64,000 bases of DNA from a bacterium BMS3Abin01 (GTDB taxonomy: Bacteria; Actinomycetota; Thermoleophilia; BMS3ABIN01): assembly GCA_002897715.1 (NCBI GenBank), contig BDUA01000049.1, positions 5,821-69,820 on the forward strand. Reading direction: 5' to 3'. The stretch's first letter is position 1. Each line of letters begins with the position of its first letter. Below the pieces are notes generated by a model, which had not been told where the DNA came from, searched no databases, and worked only from the letters and a program-made list of their open reading frames with translations. Made by a program: the position numbers and the translations under genes. Below are positions 28,485-37,287 of the stretch, in pieces.

Positions 28485-29720
28485 TCACTTTGACGACCGC
28501 AACTCAGTGATAATGTTGTCGAAGTCCTGTTGAAAGCTCATCTTGGCGCGATTGGTCCTCCCGCCGACCAGCAGCTTTCCGGATTCTCCCATCTTGAACC
28601 AGATGCGCCGATGGGGAAAGTACAGGCCCAGGACTATTCCACCCATCATCGCCCCGAAACCCAGATATATAAGCGATTTGCCCGGTGACTTGTTAACAGA
28701 GAGAACAGTAACATAGCCACGCCCGGTGCGGTAGTAGCTGGCCTGGTGGAAGTTGATGCCTCCGTAGCGCAGGGGATCGTTCACCGTGATGGTTTTTCTC
28801 GCCACCGATTCGCCGTTATCGAAAAGCTCCAGATCGCTGGAATAGACCGAGGGTCTGTAGCCGACGACGCGGTCGTTCTCCCTGACCTCCACCGTCTCCA
28901 TCTGGAAACCATGATTGGTCACCTGTAACTCGGTGCCCGGCACCGACGCCGTGGCGCCATCGGGGATCTCCAGCCGCTCCTCGAAGCCCGTGAAGCTGAT
29001 GATGATGGCGCCCAGGCCGATGAGCAGAAAACTCAAATGGAAGGACAGCGAGTACAACCCGGCGAAGCGCCCTTTTTCCGCCATCACCGAACCGGTGTTC
29101 CCTTCGCGGATACGGTAATGATGATCGGACAGGACTTCTCGGGCCAGGCTCATGGTGTTCCCGCCCGGCGCATCGATCTCCGCCGACAGCGGCTGGCTGG
29201 TGATGAAGATATCCTTGACGTCTATCCGCGGCCGCATGACATGCTTGACCGCCGTAGGCAGGCGGTTGTAGATGCAAACTATCAGATTGAAGGCCAGCAG
29301 AAACAGCAGCGCCAGGAACCAGCGGGAATGGTACATGTCGAACAGGCCCAGGTGGCGGTAGAAATTGTAGAGAGGGTTATCGATCCAGCCGGAGTTGATG
29401 ACCTTTTCTCCCTGCGGCAGGATAGTGCCGATGATGGAAAGGATGGCAAGAACCAGCAGCAGGGTCAGCGCCAGCTTCATGGAAACCAGGAGGTGGCTCA
29501 CCCGCTTGCCGGCCATGGCGTAAAAGGAGAGGATGATGGATAGGTCCAGGATGGCCAGGACCCAACGCAGGTCATAGACATCCTGGTTGTTGTAATAAGC
29601 GATGGACAGCACGACATTCAGCACAATCAGCACCAATGCCAGAACCGCCGGTATGAATATACTGCCGGAGGAGCCCTTGCTGTCTGTTTTCTTGATCGCT
29701 GCTGCTTTGTCCGCGCTCAA
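28485..29720 (-). CDS. resB: System II cytochrome c biogenesis protein ResB/Ccs1
   Basis: N-terminal TM helices, a large extracytoplasmic loop and a C-terminal TM. Its position directly upstream of ccsA is the canonical ResBC pairing. Confidence 0.75.
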   Translation of the reverse strand: MSADKAAAIKKTDSKGSSGSIFIPAVLALVLIVLNVVLSIAYYNNQDVYDLRWVLAILDLSIILSFYAMAGKRVSHLLVSMKLALTLLLVLAILSIIGTILPQGEKVINSGWIDNPLYNFYRHLGLFDMYHSRWFLALLFLLAFNLIVCIYNRLPTAVKHVMRPRIDVKDIFITSQPLSAEIDAPGGNTMSLAREVLSDHHYRIREGNTGSVMAEKGRFAGLYSLSFHLSFLLIGLGAIIISFTGFEERLEIPDGATASVPGTELQVTNHGFQMETVEVRENDRVVGYRPSVYSSDLELFDNGESVARKTITVNDPLRYGGINFHQASYYRTGRGYVTVLSVNKSPGKSLIYLGFGAMMGGIVLGLYFPHRRIWFKMGESGKLLVGGRTNRAKMSFQQDFDNIITELRSSK

Positions 29721-29838
29721 CCTGTACCCCTGGTCGCAAGCGTATACGTGCCGGCCGGCGCCGTACTCACGCCGGCGCCACGGCCCTTACGGCCTGCTGA
29801 CCTTGTGAACCCCCCTGCCCGCCCGGCAGGAAGCTCGA

Positions 29839-30885
29839 TTAGTCTGTGCTGGTTTTGAACCAGTAATGTTTAGTCGCATCCGCGAATTTCTGAACTTCCG
29901 CGATACCGGGCTCCGACAGGTCATTGGTAAGCTGCCACACCTGTACCCGGTTATTCTCCCGATCGGCAAACAGCAGCCGGTTATCATCCGTGATGAAGAT
30001 CCCCTCGGGGAAATTGATCTGCGTCTGTTCCGTGCCGCGTTCACCGATGATACCGACCAGGTTGCCGTCCTGATCCAGGACGACTATACGGTCGGGCGCG
30101 TCTGTTATGTATACCAGACCGTCAGGGCCTACCGCCACCGAGCGGGGTAACCTGAAGGGGCTCTTGGAATCACCGTTGCCCTGGCCGCCGATGGTCCAGC
30201 GGACCCTGCCGTCCTCCGTCAATGAGACCACCCGCCAGTTATTGACGTCCACCACGAAGATATTTCCCGTATCCTGGTCTATGGCGATCCCGTTGGGGAA
30301 ATCATACTGTCCCACCGCCGGGCCCCTGGTCCCCCAATGCTCGATGTACTGGCCGGTGGCGGCATCGAATATATAGATGCCGTCACGGCTGGTGACATAG
30401 ACACGCTCCGCAGTCAAGGCAACCTGGTTGGGCCGTATAGCCGACTGGCTCTCATCCACTGTGATAGCTTCCGGCGGCGGAACGATATTGTACAGGAAGT
30501 TCCCTTCCTTATCCACAACCCTGAGCATATAGTCGGCTATATACAGCTTATTGTTCTGGTCATCTATGGCCAGCCCGTAAGGTGAATAGTACTGGTAGGG
30601 CTGGCCCTGGTCGTCCTGGCCGCTGTCGATATCGTAGAGCGGGTCACCGTTGCTGCTGTACACGCTGATCTTCCTGGCCCCGGTATTACTGATATAGATC
30701 TTGCCATCCGCATCGACGGCCACCGCCAGCGGTGTCTTCAGGTCCGTGATGCTGGTGGCGGAGGTGATGTCACCACCCGCTACCATCTTATCCTGGCGGC
30801 AACCGCGAAGCAGAAAAAGGAGAACGGCGATCAGCGCGATCGAGAGTATTACCACTATCGCTATCTTGATTCTGTTATCTCTCAT
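29839..30885 (-). CDS. Membrane-anchored NHL-repeat six-bladed beta-propeller protein
   Basis: N-terminal TM IAIVVILSIALIAVLLFLL. Repeated P.G(I/L)A(V/I)D..G.(I/L)Y(I/V)(S/A/T)D motifs: LAVAVDADGKIYISN, GLAIDDQNNKLYIADY, GIAIDQDTGNIFVVD, SVAVGPDGLVYITD, GIFITDDNRLLFADR. Confidence 0.75.
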   Translation of the reverse strand: MRDNRIKIAIVVILSIALIAVLLFLLRGCRQDKMVAGGDITSATSITDLKTPLAVAVDADGKIYISNTGARKISVYSSNGDPLYDIDSGQDDQGQPYQYYSPYGLAIDDQNNKLYIADYMLRVVDKEGNFLYNIVPPPEAITVDESQSAIRPNQVALTAERVYVTSRDGIYIFDAATGQYIEHWGTRGPAVGQYDFPNGIAIDQDTGNIFVVDVNNWRVVSLTEDGRVRWTIGGQGNGDSKSPFRLPRSVAVGPDGLVYITDAPDRIVVLDQDGNLVGIIGERGTEQTQINFPEGIFITDDNRLLFADRENNRVQVWQLTNDLSEPGIAEVQKFADATKHYWFKTSTD

Positions 30886-30935
30886 TTACCAATACCGCCT
30901 TGATGATCGGATTTATAGTCTGTGCGCCGTTGCTG

Positions 30936-31610
30936 CTATCCATTTCCCTGCCCGGATACCCTGGCTATCGCCTGCTGTAATTCCTCATTGCCGGGGTTGA
31001 ATCTGGCTGCCGCCTGGTATTCTTTCCTGGCTCCCTCCAGGTCGCCTTCCTCTTCATAGAGCTGACCCAGCAACAGATGAGAGTTCCAGATCATGTCATT
31101 ATCATCGATGCTCTGGCCGGCGTAGCCCTTGGCGGCCTCCATGTCGCCCTTCATGCGCGCGGTGGCCGCCGCTTCATAGAGCGCCGTATATTTCTCGCCC
31201 TCGGGAGTCAACTCCGCCGAGCGGACGAACATGTCTATGGCTTTATCGTAATCGCCGTTATCCCGGTAGGCGAAGCCCAGCTTGTAGGTATAGGCGAAAC
31301 TGTCGGGCGCTATCTCCAGCGCCGCTTCCAGCTCCCTGGTGGCATCTTTGGTACGGCCCATGTCCAGATAGGTGGCTCCCAGGTTGGCCCGCGCCAGCGC
31401 ATCAGCGGGGTCGTCGATCACCGCCTGCTTCCAGGTCTCCAGACTCCGTTCCAGGGTCGGATCCACAGGTTCGCCCTTGATGAAATAGATATAAGCGGCG
31501 CTCCCCCCCGCGGCCACCAGGGCCACGAGCAAGAAGATAATCAAATAGTTTATCAGTCTGGACATGTTGTCTCCCGTGTTATCCATGGCAACAAAAGTCT
31601 GTTCAGACAT
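30936..31610 (-). CDS. Membrane-anchored TPR-repeat protein
   Basis: TM segment LINYLIIFLLVALVAAGG. Then TPR-like A..NLG..Y...G....A...LE.AL...P repeats. Confidence 0.65.
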   Translation of the reverse strand: MSEQTFVAMDNTGDNMSRLINYLIIFLLVALVAAGGSAAYIYFIKGEPVDPTLERSLETWKQAVIDDPADALARANLGATYLDMGRTKDATRELEAALEIAPDSFAYTYKLGFAYRDNGDYDKAIDMFVRSAELTPEGEKYTALYEAAATARMKGDMEAAKGYAGQSIDDNDMIWNSHLLLGQLYEEEGDLEGARKEYQAAARFNPGNEELQQAIARVSGQGNG

Positions 31611-31628
31611 CGAACTTCCTCCTGCTTG

Positions 31629-32459
31629 TTAATATGAATAAGGGTTATGGTCCACCCCATGGCAGCTGAGCGTGCAGTTGCCGCTGTGGTCGCCGTTGTC
31701 CACATAGGTGGGACCGCTGTTCAGGGATGTCGAACCTGCAACATAAAGCGGGTTGAACCTCACCAATTCCGAGTTGGCGACCCCGTGGGGACTGTAATGA
31801 CAGGCGGCACAGGACGCCTTGGCTCTTTTAATGTGGTATCTATGCAGGAAATAAGTCATGTCGGAGGTGATGGTGGAACTGCTGTGACAATTCCAGCAGG
31901 TCTCGTAGGGGTCGTTGCCCATGCCGCCGCCGTAGGTAACATATTCACTGGTGTCGTAAGGCCACCTGAGAAGGCTGCCGTAGCCGCTGTCGCCATGGGG
32001 GTTGTGGCAAAAACTGCAGTCGTAGGGGCCCGGGGGAGCCAGGTTGGCCGTAGTCACCGGCGTATAGTTATAGATTCCCGGGTTATGGGGTAGATTGACT
32101 TTGATGGGATGCATGGCGTTGGCAGCCGGGTCCATATCCATCTGCACCTGGATGTTATACACGGAACCTGTTCCGTTGTGGCATGTGAAACAAAGGGTCG
32201 ACTCTGGCATTTCCTTCAACAGCCGGTTTCCCGGCGCCTCATGTATGGTATGGCAAAGCGTACATAACTGGGTCGAACTGGAGAACCCCCCATGGGGGCT
32301 CGTATATGATTGAGCGTCAGCGTCATCACTGACAACCAGCAATAAAATAACCATCGCGGCCAGAAACAGCGTCATGGCCGGTATCAAAGCCATCTGAGCG
32401 GCTGGATAATATTTTCCTGCTGTCCTTATCCTGCACGGCTCGATTGGGATCCCATCCAT
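31629..32459 (-). CDS. Multiheme c-type cytochrome (5 CXXCH plus 1 CX3CH)
   Basis: Heme motifs CTLCH, CFTCH, CSFCH, CWNCH and CAACH, plus CTLSCH. Signal/TM MALIPAMTLFLAAMVILLLVV. The start may be the internal ATG at 32393. Confidence 0.8.
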   Translation of the reverse strand: MDGIPIEPCRIRTAGKYYPAAQMALIPAMTLFLAAMVILLLVVSDDADAQSYTSPHGGFSSSTQLCTLCHTIHEAPGNRLLKEMPESTLCFTCHNGTGSVYNIQVQMDMDPAANAMHPIKVNLPHNPGIYNYTPVTTANLAPPGPYDCSFCHNPHGDSGYGSLLRWPYDTSEYVTYGGGMGNDPYETCWNCHSSSTITSDMTYFLHRYHIKRAKASCAACHYSPHGVANSELVRFNPLYVAGSTSLNSGPTYVDNGDHSGNCTLSCHGVDHNPYSY

Positions 32460-32644
32460 ATCCGAACACCCATTAAAACGCCGGCTTGGCGCCGGCCTCT
32501 ACACGGAAGTCGCACTGCCTCCCACGCTATTGCTTTCTCCTCCGTCTGACGGCCGGCATATGCCACAATCGCTCCCCGGCCTGTCAAATAACCACAAATC
32601 ATTATGCATCAACATCAGCGTGGATTCCAGCAACAGCCGGCGCG

Positions 32645-33184
32645 TCATTGCGCCAGCGGCGATGCGGTCTCCGTGCCGGTGGGAGAGTAGATGCCCTTGA
32701 TCTTCCACTGGCCATCCTCCTCCACCAGGGCCATGGCGAACGTCTTGCGCTCTCCTGACGGAGATTCGAGAGCCTCTCCCGTAGAGACGTCGACATAATA
32801 GCCGTAATCATCGAATTCCACCCGGGCTTCCACCACGGGAGATATATATCCATTGATCAGAACAGAGACATCCCGGTAGTCCCGCTTGCGGTATTTCCCG
32901 GCGGCCAGGTCATCCGCCGCCATCCTGTTCATGTCCGTCAGCGCCTCACCGGTCATCGCCAGGGAGAAAGAAGCGGTATCGACGGTCACTGAAGATATGA
33001 TCTCCATGTCTTCGACCACGTCTTCATTGACCCTGTCTACCAGCTCGGAAGGGATATCATGGGCCAGGTCGTGGGCGGCCGCCGCCGTCTCTGTTCCCAC
33101 CGTGGACACGGCTTCGTCATTGCCGCAGGCCGTGAACGTAAAAGCGACTACCACCAGGACACACGCTGCTACCAGCTTTCGCAA
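32645..33184 (-). CDS. Hypothetical lipoprotein (NTF2-like C-terminus)
   Basis: Lipobox FTFTACGN; C-terminal EEDGQWKIKG. Confidence 0.5.
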   Translation of the reverse strand: MRKLVAACVLVVVAFTFTACGNDEAVSTVGTETAAAAHDLAHDIPSELVDRVNEDVVEDMEIISSVTVDTASFSLAMTGEALTDMNRMAADDLAAGKYRKRDYRDVSVLINGYISPVVEARVEFDDYGYYVDVSTGEALESPSGERKTFAMALVEEDGQWKIKGIYSPTGTETASPLAQ

Positions 33185-33293
33185 TCTCTTTCAGATCTCC
33201 TTGGAGCCTCTGCTCGATTTTTTGGGAGAGGCGTTCAATGAACGCCTCTCCCGTTGTTCTACCTTCTTTCCACCTTCTACCAACCGGCCCGGT

Positions 33294-34145
33294 TTAGGGC
33301 AGCGTGCCGGAAACATGGCACAGTACACACAGTCCATCAGGCTCCTGATACAGGAGCCTCTGATTGGCGCCCGTATGCGGGAAGTCCGAGTTCGTTCCTC
33401 CCGAATCGTTCGCGTGACAGGTGAGACACATGGAGGAGGGATGGTTATTCTCCACACCCACGTTATCCCGCTTGTCGTGGCAGCTGATGCAGAACGTACG
33501 TTCATCAGTCGCAGCCGTAGCTGCGTGGTTCGGCTTCGCCGACAGCAGGTTCACACCTGTGCCCATTGCCTGCCCGTAGGTCGTACCGTGCGGGCTATGG
33601 CATGAAGCGCAGTACAGTCCCTGTGTCCCGGTGAACGAGGTCGTCGCCTCCCCCGCATACAAACCACCGCCTTCAATCGGACCACCGTCAGCACCTGAGG
33701 TCAGAACCTTCAGGGTAGCGCTGCTACCCGGAATGGCATCTGAGTTCCTCACTACCGTACCGCCATACATGACACCCAGGCTATGGCCCGGGACCCCGTC
33801 CATCTGGGTGGCGGACATAGCACTCATGTCCACCTCATATGCCAGCTTGGTGGAGGCGGTCGGATCGGCACCGGCGAAGTCCGTCTTGGGACTGGACCAG
33901 CTTACGGTCGCCGGCGCTGAAGCGCCGAACACGCCGTGGCAGGTACCGCATACCGCGGTCACCGTCGACTCCCGCGTCAGGACATAGTCACCAGCCGCTT
34001 CGTGGACATCATGACATGCCACGCAGAAGTCGGTAGTCCCGGCATAGCCGGTATGGGGACTTGTCTGGGCGAAGGCCGTGGCCGCGAAGGCCAGGATGAA
34101 AGCAACTGACAGCACTAGTGCAGCCAATATCGCTATCTTTCGCAT
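33294..34145 (-). CDS. Hexaheme c-type cytochrome, secreted
   Basis: Heme motifs CVACH, CGTCH, CASCH, CISCH, CLTCH and CVLCH. Signal peptide ...AATAFAQ. The N-terminal SPHTGY...CVACHDVH parallels SPHGGF...CTLCHTIH in the 31629 gene. Confidence 0.85.
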   Translation of the reverse strand: MRKIAILAALVLSVAFILAFAATAFAQTSPHTGYAGTTDFCVACHDVHEAAGDYVLTRESTVTAVCGTCHGVFGASAPATVSWSSPKTDFAGADPTASTKLAYEVDMSAMSATQMDGVPGHSLGVMYGGTVVRNSDAIPGSSATLKVLTSGADGGPIEGGGLYAGEATTSFTGTQGLYCASCHSPHGTTYGQAMGTGVNLLSAKPNHAATAATDERTFCISCHDKRDNVGVENNHPSSMCLTCHANDSGGTNSDFPHTGANQRLLYQEPDGLCVLCHVSGTLP

Positions 34146-34229
34146 AGATTTTCACCTCCTTTCGCTATGTAATGTCACTCCGGAACCGTTACCCGGTCCC
34201 AGGGCATACAACTCCGCCTCTCCTTCGCA

Positions 34230-34245
34230 TGCCTGTATGTTGCCA
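34230..34245 (-). promoter_or_regulatory. Candidate sigma54-type promoter upstream of the hexaheme cytochrome gene
   Basis: The minus strand reads TGGCAACATACAGGCA: GG-N10-GC spacing is correct and the -24 half is good, but the -12 half is AGGCA rather than TTGCA. It lies about 85 nt upstream of the ATG at 34145. Confidence 0.3.
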
Positions 34246-34375
34246 CAGGCCGCGAATGAGCAAGCGTCGTAGCTAAAGGGAGGTTGCAGTTCTACTGCGC
34301 GGTGGCTTCAGAAGAAGCGCTAATATAAAATTCGCCGTACGTTAACTGTGCTGTGGAGTTTTCTCAACAATCCGC

Positions 34376-34406
34376 GTCCGCTCGAGTGTCCGCTTTTGTG
34401 TCCGCT
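34376..34406. promoter_or_regulatory. Three phased direct repeats GTCCGCT (12-bp period), candidate regulator-binding array
   Basis: GTCCGCT occurs at 34376, 34388 and 34400, with an extra TCCGC at 34371. The array lies in the 400-bp gap upstream of the hexaheme cytochrome gene, 130-160 bp upstream of the sigma54-like element. Confidence 0.4.
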
Positions 34407-34542
34407 AATACTGCAACGCATTCTACCCTGATGATGAAGGTTACAGCCAGGGGCGATTATTGTCAATAGAAACACAACCCGACAGGTTCACTTTCAGGGA
34501 ATTCCCTTAGAAGCTGTTTTTTTCCCGTGAACAAGGGCTCTT

Positions 34543-36078
34543 TTACCATGAGTTGCTGTTATATATCCGCCGCGCCGGCCAGTCAACGATCAGGTAGGTT
34601 CCTTCCACAGGTTCCAGGTAGAAAAGTCGCTGTTTCCGCGCCAGGGGAAAGCTCATTGCTTTCTCCCCTTCGCCGGGTTCCAGGCTCTCGTCGAACAGCA
34701 CCACCCATTTTATCCCTTGGGGCACCTGCAGCACCTCCCTGCCGGCCGTCACCGGGTCTATGTACCAGTGCTCAAACTCGGGAAGGTAGTAACTGGCCTG
34801 CTGATAATTGAAGACGGAGACCACCAGGGTCGAATCGGCATCAAAATATTCCCTGATGGTCTCGATGCGCGACCGCTGGATATCCTCGTTGGCCGCCAGC
34901 CGCTCAGCGCTCAGGTGGGGGGTAAGGACCAGGAACAGCAGCATGTTCAGAACGATTACCGGCAGGACCAAGGCGACCATCACGGCCGGCCGGAGGCGTT
35001 CCCGGCGGTGCGGCCACCTCCGGGATGAAAGCGCGCGCGCCATATCCCGTGCCAACACCACGACCCCCCATGACGCCATCAGCAGGACCGCCGGCAGAAA
35101 AGTGAACACGTAGCCGAACTCACCGATATGGATGAAGATGTAGAACAGGACGCTGGGCACGGTCCACACCAGCAGGAACAGCAACTTCCTGTTTCCCAGC
35201 TGCTCCCGGTAGCGGCGCCGGACCAGGAGCAGCGGCGCCAGGATGGCGAAGGGCAGCGCCGCCGACAGGGCATACAGGAGGAATCTGCCCAGCGCCTGCA
35301 GGTTGACGGCCAGGGCCTCCAGGCCCTGGCCGAATACCGAAGAGGTCCGCATCAGGTAGTCGCTTTGCACAGAAGAAGCCTCCTGGTAGGCGGAAAAACC
35401 GCCGGAAAGCAGCGCTGAGGGCACATACCAGGAGGCGGCCGCCAGCCCCAGCAGGCCCACGGAGCCGGCCTGTACCCGGCGGGGTTTGCCCAGCAGGCCA
35501 CCGGCCCACAGCGGCAGCAGGAAGGGAAGCAGGTCCTGGCGGAAGCCCGCCGCCAGCCCCAGGCACAGGCCCGACAGCAAGGCGCAGACGTTGCCTCCCT
35601 GCCAGGCCCGGTACATGACCCCGGCCAGGAAGACGCTGAGAAAGGCCAGCAGTGTATAAGGATAGGCTATCTCCCCGTGCCCCCAGAAGCTCAGGCTGGT
35701 GGCCAGGAACAGGGCCGCGACCAGGCCCACGCTGCGGCCCAGCATGGCCCGGCCCAGCCAGTAGAGAGCGACTACGGCCGCCGCTGACGCCAGCAGGCTG
35801 ATCCATACCATAGCGGCGTTGGCGTCACCGGTAAACTGTTCCACCAGCCGGGCAAACCCCACGTAGAAGATATGACCCGGTGGTTGGGGCTGCTGGATGG
35901 TCACGTCGAAATGATCCATCGCCCGCGTGTACAGAACCGAGTCCCATGCGTACAGCAGGCCGGTCCGGAAAGGAAGCCGGGACAGCGCCGTGGCTATGAA
36001 CAGGGTGGCGGTTATCAGCCAATCGGTTCCGTTCCAGGCGCCCGCCCGGTCCGGCGCGACCGGCGCACCCTCGCTCAT
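34543..36078 (-). CDS. GT-C fold glycosyltransferase (GT39 / ArnT / PMT-like polytopic membrane protein)
   Basis: More than 10 TM helices. The first-loop motif YAWDSVLYTRAM and the QPPGHIFYV segment resemble PMT_2/ArnT-like enzymes. The ATG at 36078 forms an ATGA overlap with the upstream cytochrome stop; the alternative track start is 36102. Confidence 0.6.
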   Translation of the reverse strand: MSEGAPVAPDRAGAWNGTDWLITATLFIATALSRLPFRTGLLYAWDSVLYTRAMDHFDVTIQQPQPPGHIFYVGFARLVEQFTGDANAAMVWISLLASAAAVVALYWLGRAMLGRSVGLVAALFLATSLSFWGHGEIAYPYTLLAFLSVFLAGVMYRAWQGGNVCALLSGLCLGLAAGFRQDLLPFLLPLWAGGLLGKPRRVQAGSVGLLGLAAASWYVPSALLSGGFSAYQEASSVQSDYLMRTSSVFGQGLEALAVNLQALGRFLLYALSAALPFAILAPLLLVRRRYREQLGNRKLLFLLVWTVPSVLFYIFIHIGEFGYVFTFLPAVLLMASWGVVVLARDMARALSSRRWPHRRERLRPAVMVALVLPVIVLNMLLFLVLTPHLSAERLAANEDIQRSRIETIREYFDADSTLVVSVFNYQQASYYLPEFEHWYIDPVTAGREVLQVPQGIKWVVLFDESLEPGEGEKAMSFPLARKQRLFYLEPVEGTYLIVDWPARRIYNSNSW

Positions 36079-36299
36079 TCCTGGGGCGATGCCGGATGGC
36101 ATGACAGGCAGTCGTCCTTGAGGGCATGGTCCGTTTTCGGCGCCCCTTCGGTGCCCTTCTCATGACAGCCGCGGCAATCCTGAAAGGCGCCCGAGGTGGC
36201 ATGCGTAACCGGTGGCGGCGAAGCTCCGGTAAGGGCACAGCCGGAAACGGTCAGGAAAACGGACAGGACCAGTATCAACAGCAGCGATGTTTTTACCAT
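36075..36299 (-). CDS. Small diheme c-type cytochrome lipoprotein
   Basis: Lipobox LTVSGC; heme motifs CRGCH and CLSCH. 74 aa. Confidence 0.7.
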   Translation of the reverse strand: MVKTSLLLILVLSVFLTVSGCALTGASPPPVTHATSGAFQDCRGCHEKGTEGAPKTDHALKDDCLSCHPASPQE

Positions 36300-36332
36300 A
36301 ACACCCTCCCGCGCCGTAGCGGCGCCGTTGCC

Positions 36333-36812
36333 CTATTCCATGAAATAGCTCATGCTGATCTTTTTGAACTCCCTGGTACTGAACAGAAGCCGGTATTCGC
36401 CTGCCCCTACCCTGACGGACAGAGCCGCGGCGACCTGATGGCATTCATCCGGAGTGGCGCCGTGTATCATGGCGAAAAGATTGTAGTTCCAGCCGTCAGC
36501 ACGTGGGCGTTGATAACAATGGCTCACCTCGCTGGCGGCGGCCAGGGCCTCGCCCACCTCGTCGGCTCGCTCGTCGGGCACATCCCAGGCGCTCATGGCG
36601 TTGGCTTTATACCCCAGCTTCTGGTGGCGCACCATGGCGCCGAACCGGCGTATGGTGCCGTCTTCGATCCACTGGCCGACCTTTTCCAGCACCTGGTCCG
36701 CGGACATCCCCACGGCGGCGCCGATGTCGGCAAAGGGTTCGGGCGTCAACGGGATGTCCGCCTGCAGCTGCCGTATCAGCTCCCGCTCCGTCGCTGTCAG
36801 CTGTCTACTCAT
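36333..36812 (-). CDS. Siroheme decarboxylase subunit (AhbA/AhbB, Lrp/AsnC-like, NirD/L/G/H family)
   Basis: N-terminal HTH-like ELIRQLQADIPLTPEPFADIG; C-terminal HCYQRPR...WNYNLFAMIH, typical of the family. Paired with a paralog. Confidence 0.75.
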   Translation of the reverse strand: MSRQLTATERELIRQLQADIPLTPEPFADIGAAVGMSADQVLEKVGQWIEDGTIRRFGAMVRHQKLGYKANAMSAWDVPDERADEVGEALAAASEVSHCYQRPRADGWNYNLFAMIHGATPDECHQVAAALSVRVGAGEYRLLFSTREFKKISMSYFME

Positions 36813-37269
36813 TTATCACCGGCAGGTCGACCTGTATCTTGTACAGGCGCGTCGCCGGCAGGTCGATAATGGGATCGATGCCGGCCTGCGCCTCGATCTC
36901 CGCCAGTATCTCCCCGATGCGCTCCCTGCTGGGAGCGATGACCGTGAACCATACATTGTAGTGATGGTTGCGCTCATAGTTATGGGTTACATTTATGTAG
37001 GAGTTGATGACGGCCACGGTCTCCTCCAGCTTCTCCGCCGGCACATGTGCGGCACAGAGGGTGCTGGCATAGCCCAGCTTGCGGGAATCGAAGGAGGCAC
37101 CCATGCGCCGGATCTCACCCGACTCCTTGATGGCCCTGAGCCGCTCGATGACCTCCTCCTCACTGATGCCCAGCTTGTCGCCGATGGCCGCGTAGGGCCG
37201 CCCGGTAACGGGAAATCCTGATTGTATCTCCGTTACCAGCCTGTTATCTGTCTCATCCATGGATGTCAC
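36805..37269 (-). CDS. Siroheme decarboxylase subunit (AhbA/AhbB paralog)
   Basis: RLVTEIQSGFPVTGRPYAAIG...VTHNYERNHHYNVWFTV. Overlaps its paralog by 8 nt. Confidence 0.75.
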   Translation of the reverse strand: MTSMDETDNRLVTEIQSGFPVTGRPYAAIGDKLGISEEEVIERLRAIKESGEIRRMGASFDSRKLGYASTLCAAHVPAEKLEETVAVINSYINVTHNYERNHHYNVWFTVIAPSRERIGEILAEIEAQAGIDPIIDLPATRLYKIQVDLPVINE

Positions 37270-37287
37270 CCCGGTCCGCCGTGCCGG

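Noticed and set aside
29721-29838. GC-rich hairpins (CCTGCC-GGGCG-GGCAGG and the GGCGCC palindromes) between the NHL gene and resB as terminators.
   Set aside because: No U-tract follows on the transcribed strand, and the genes appear co-transcribed. This is likely incidental GC-rich palindromy.
32460-32644. TGGCATATGCCGGCC, read on the minus strand upstream of the 31629 cytochrome gene, as a sigma54 promoter.
   Set aside because: The GG-to-GC spacing is one base short and the -12 region does not resemble TTGCW.
34320-34421. 33-aa minus-strand ORF (MRCSISGHKSGHSSGRGLL...) covering the triple GTCCGCT repeat.
   Set aside because: The peptide's repetitiveness simply mirrors the DNA repeats, the RBS is weak, and there is no supporting feature. 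It is more parsimonious to treat the repeats as a protein-binding array.
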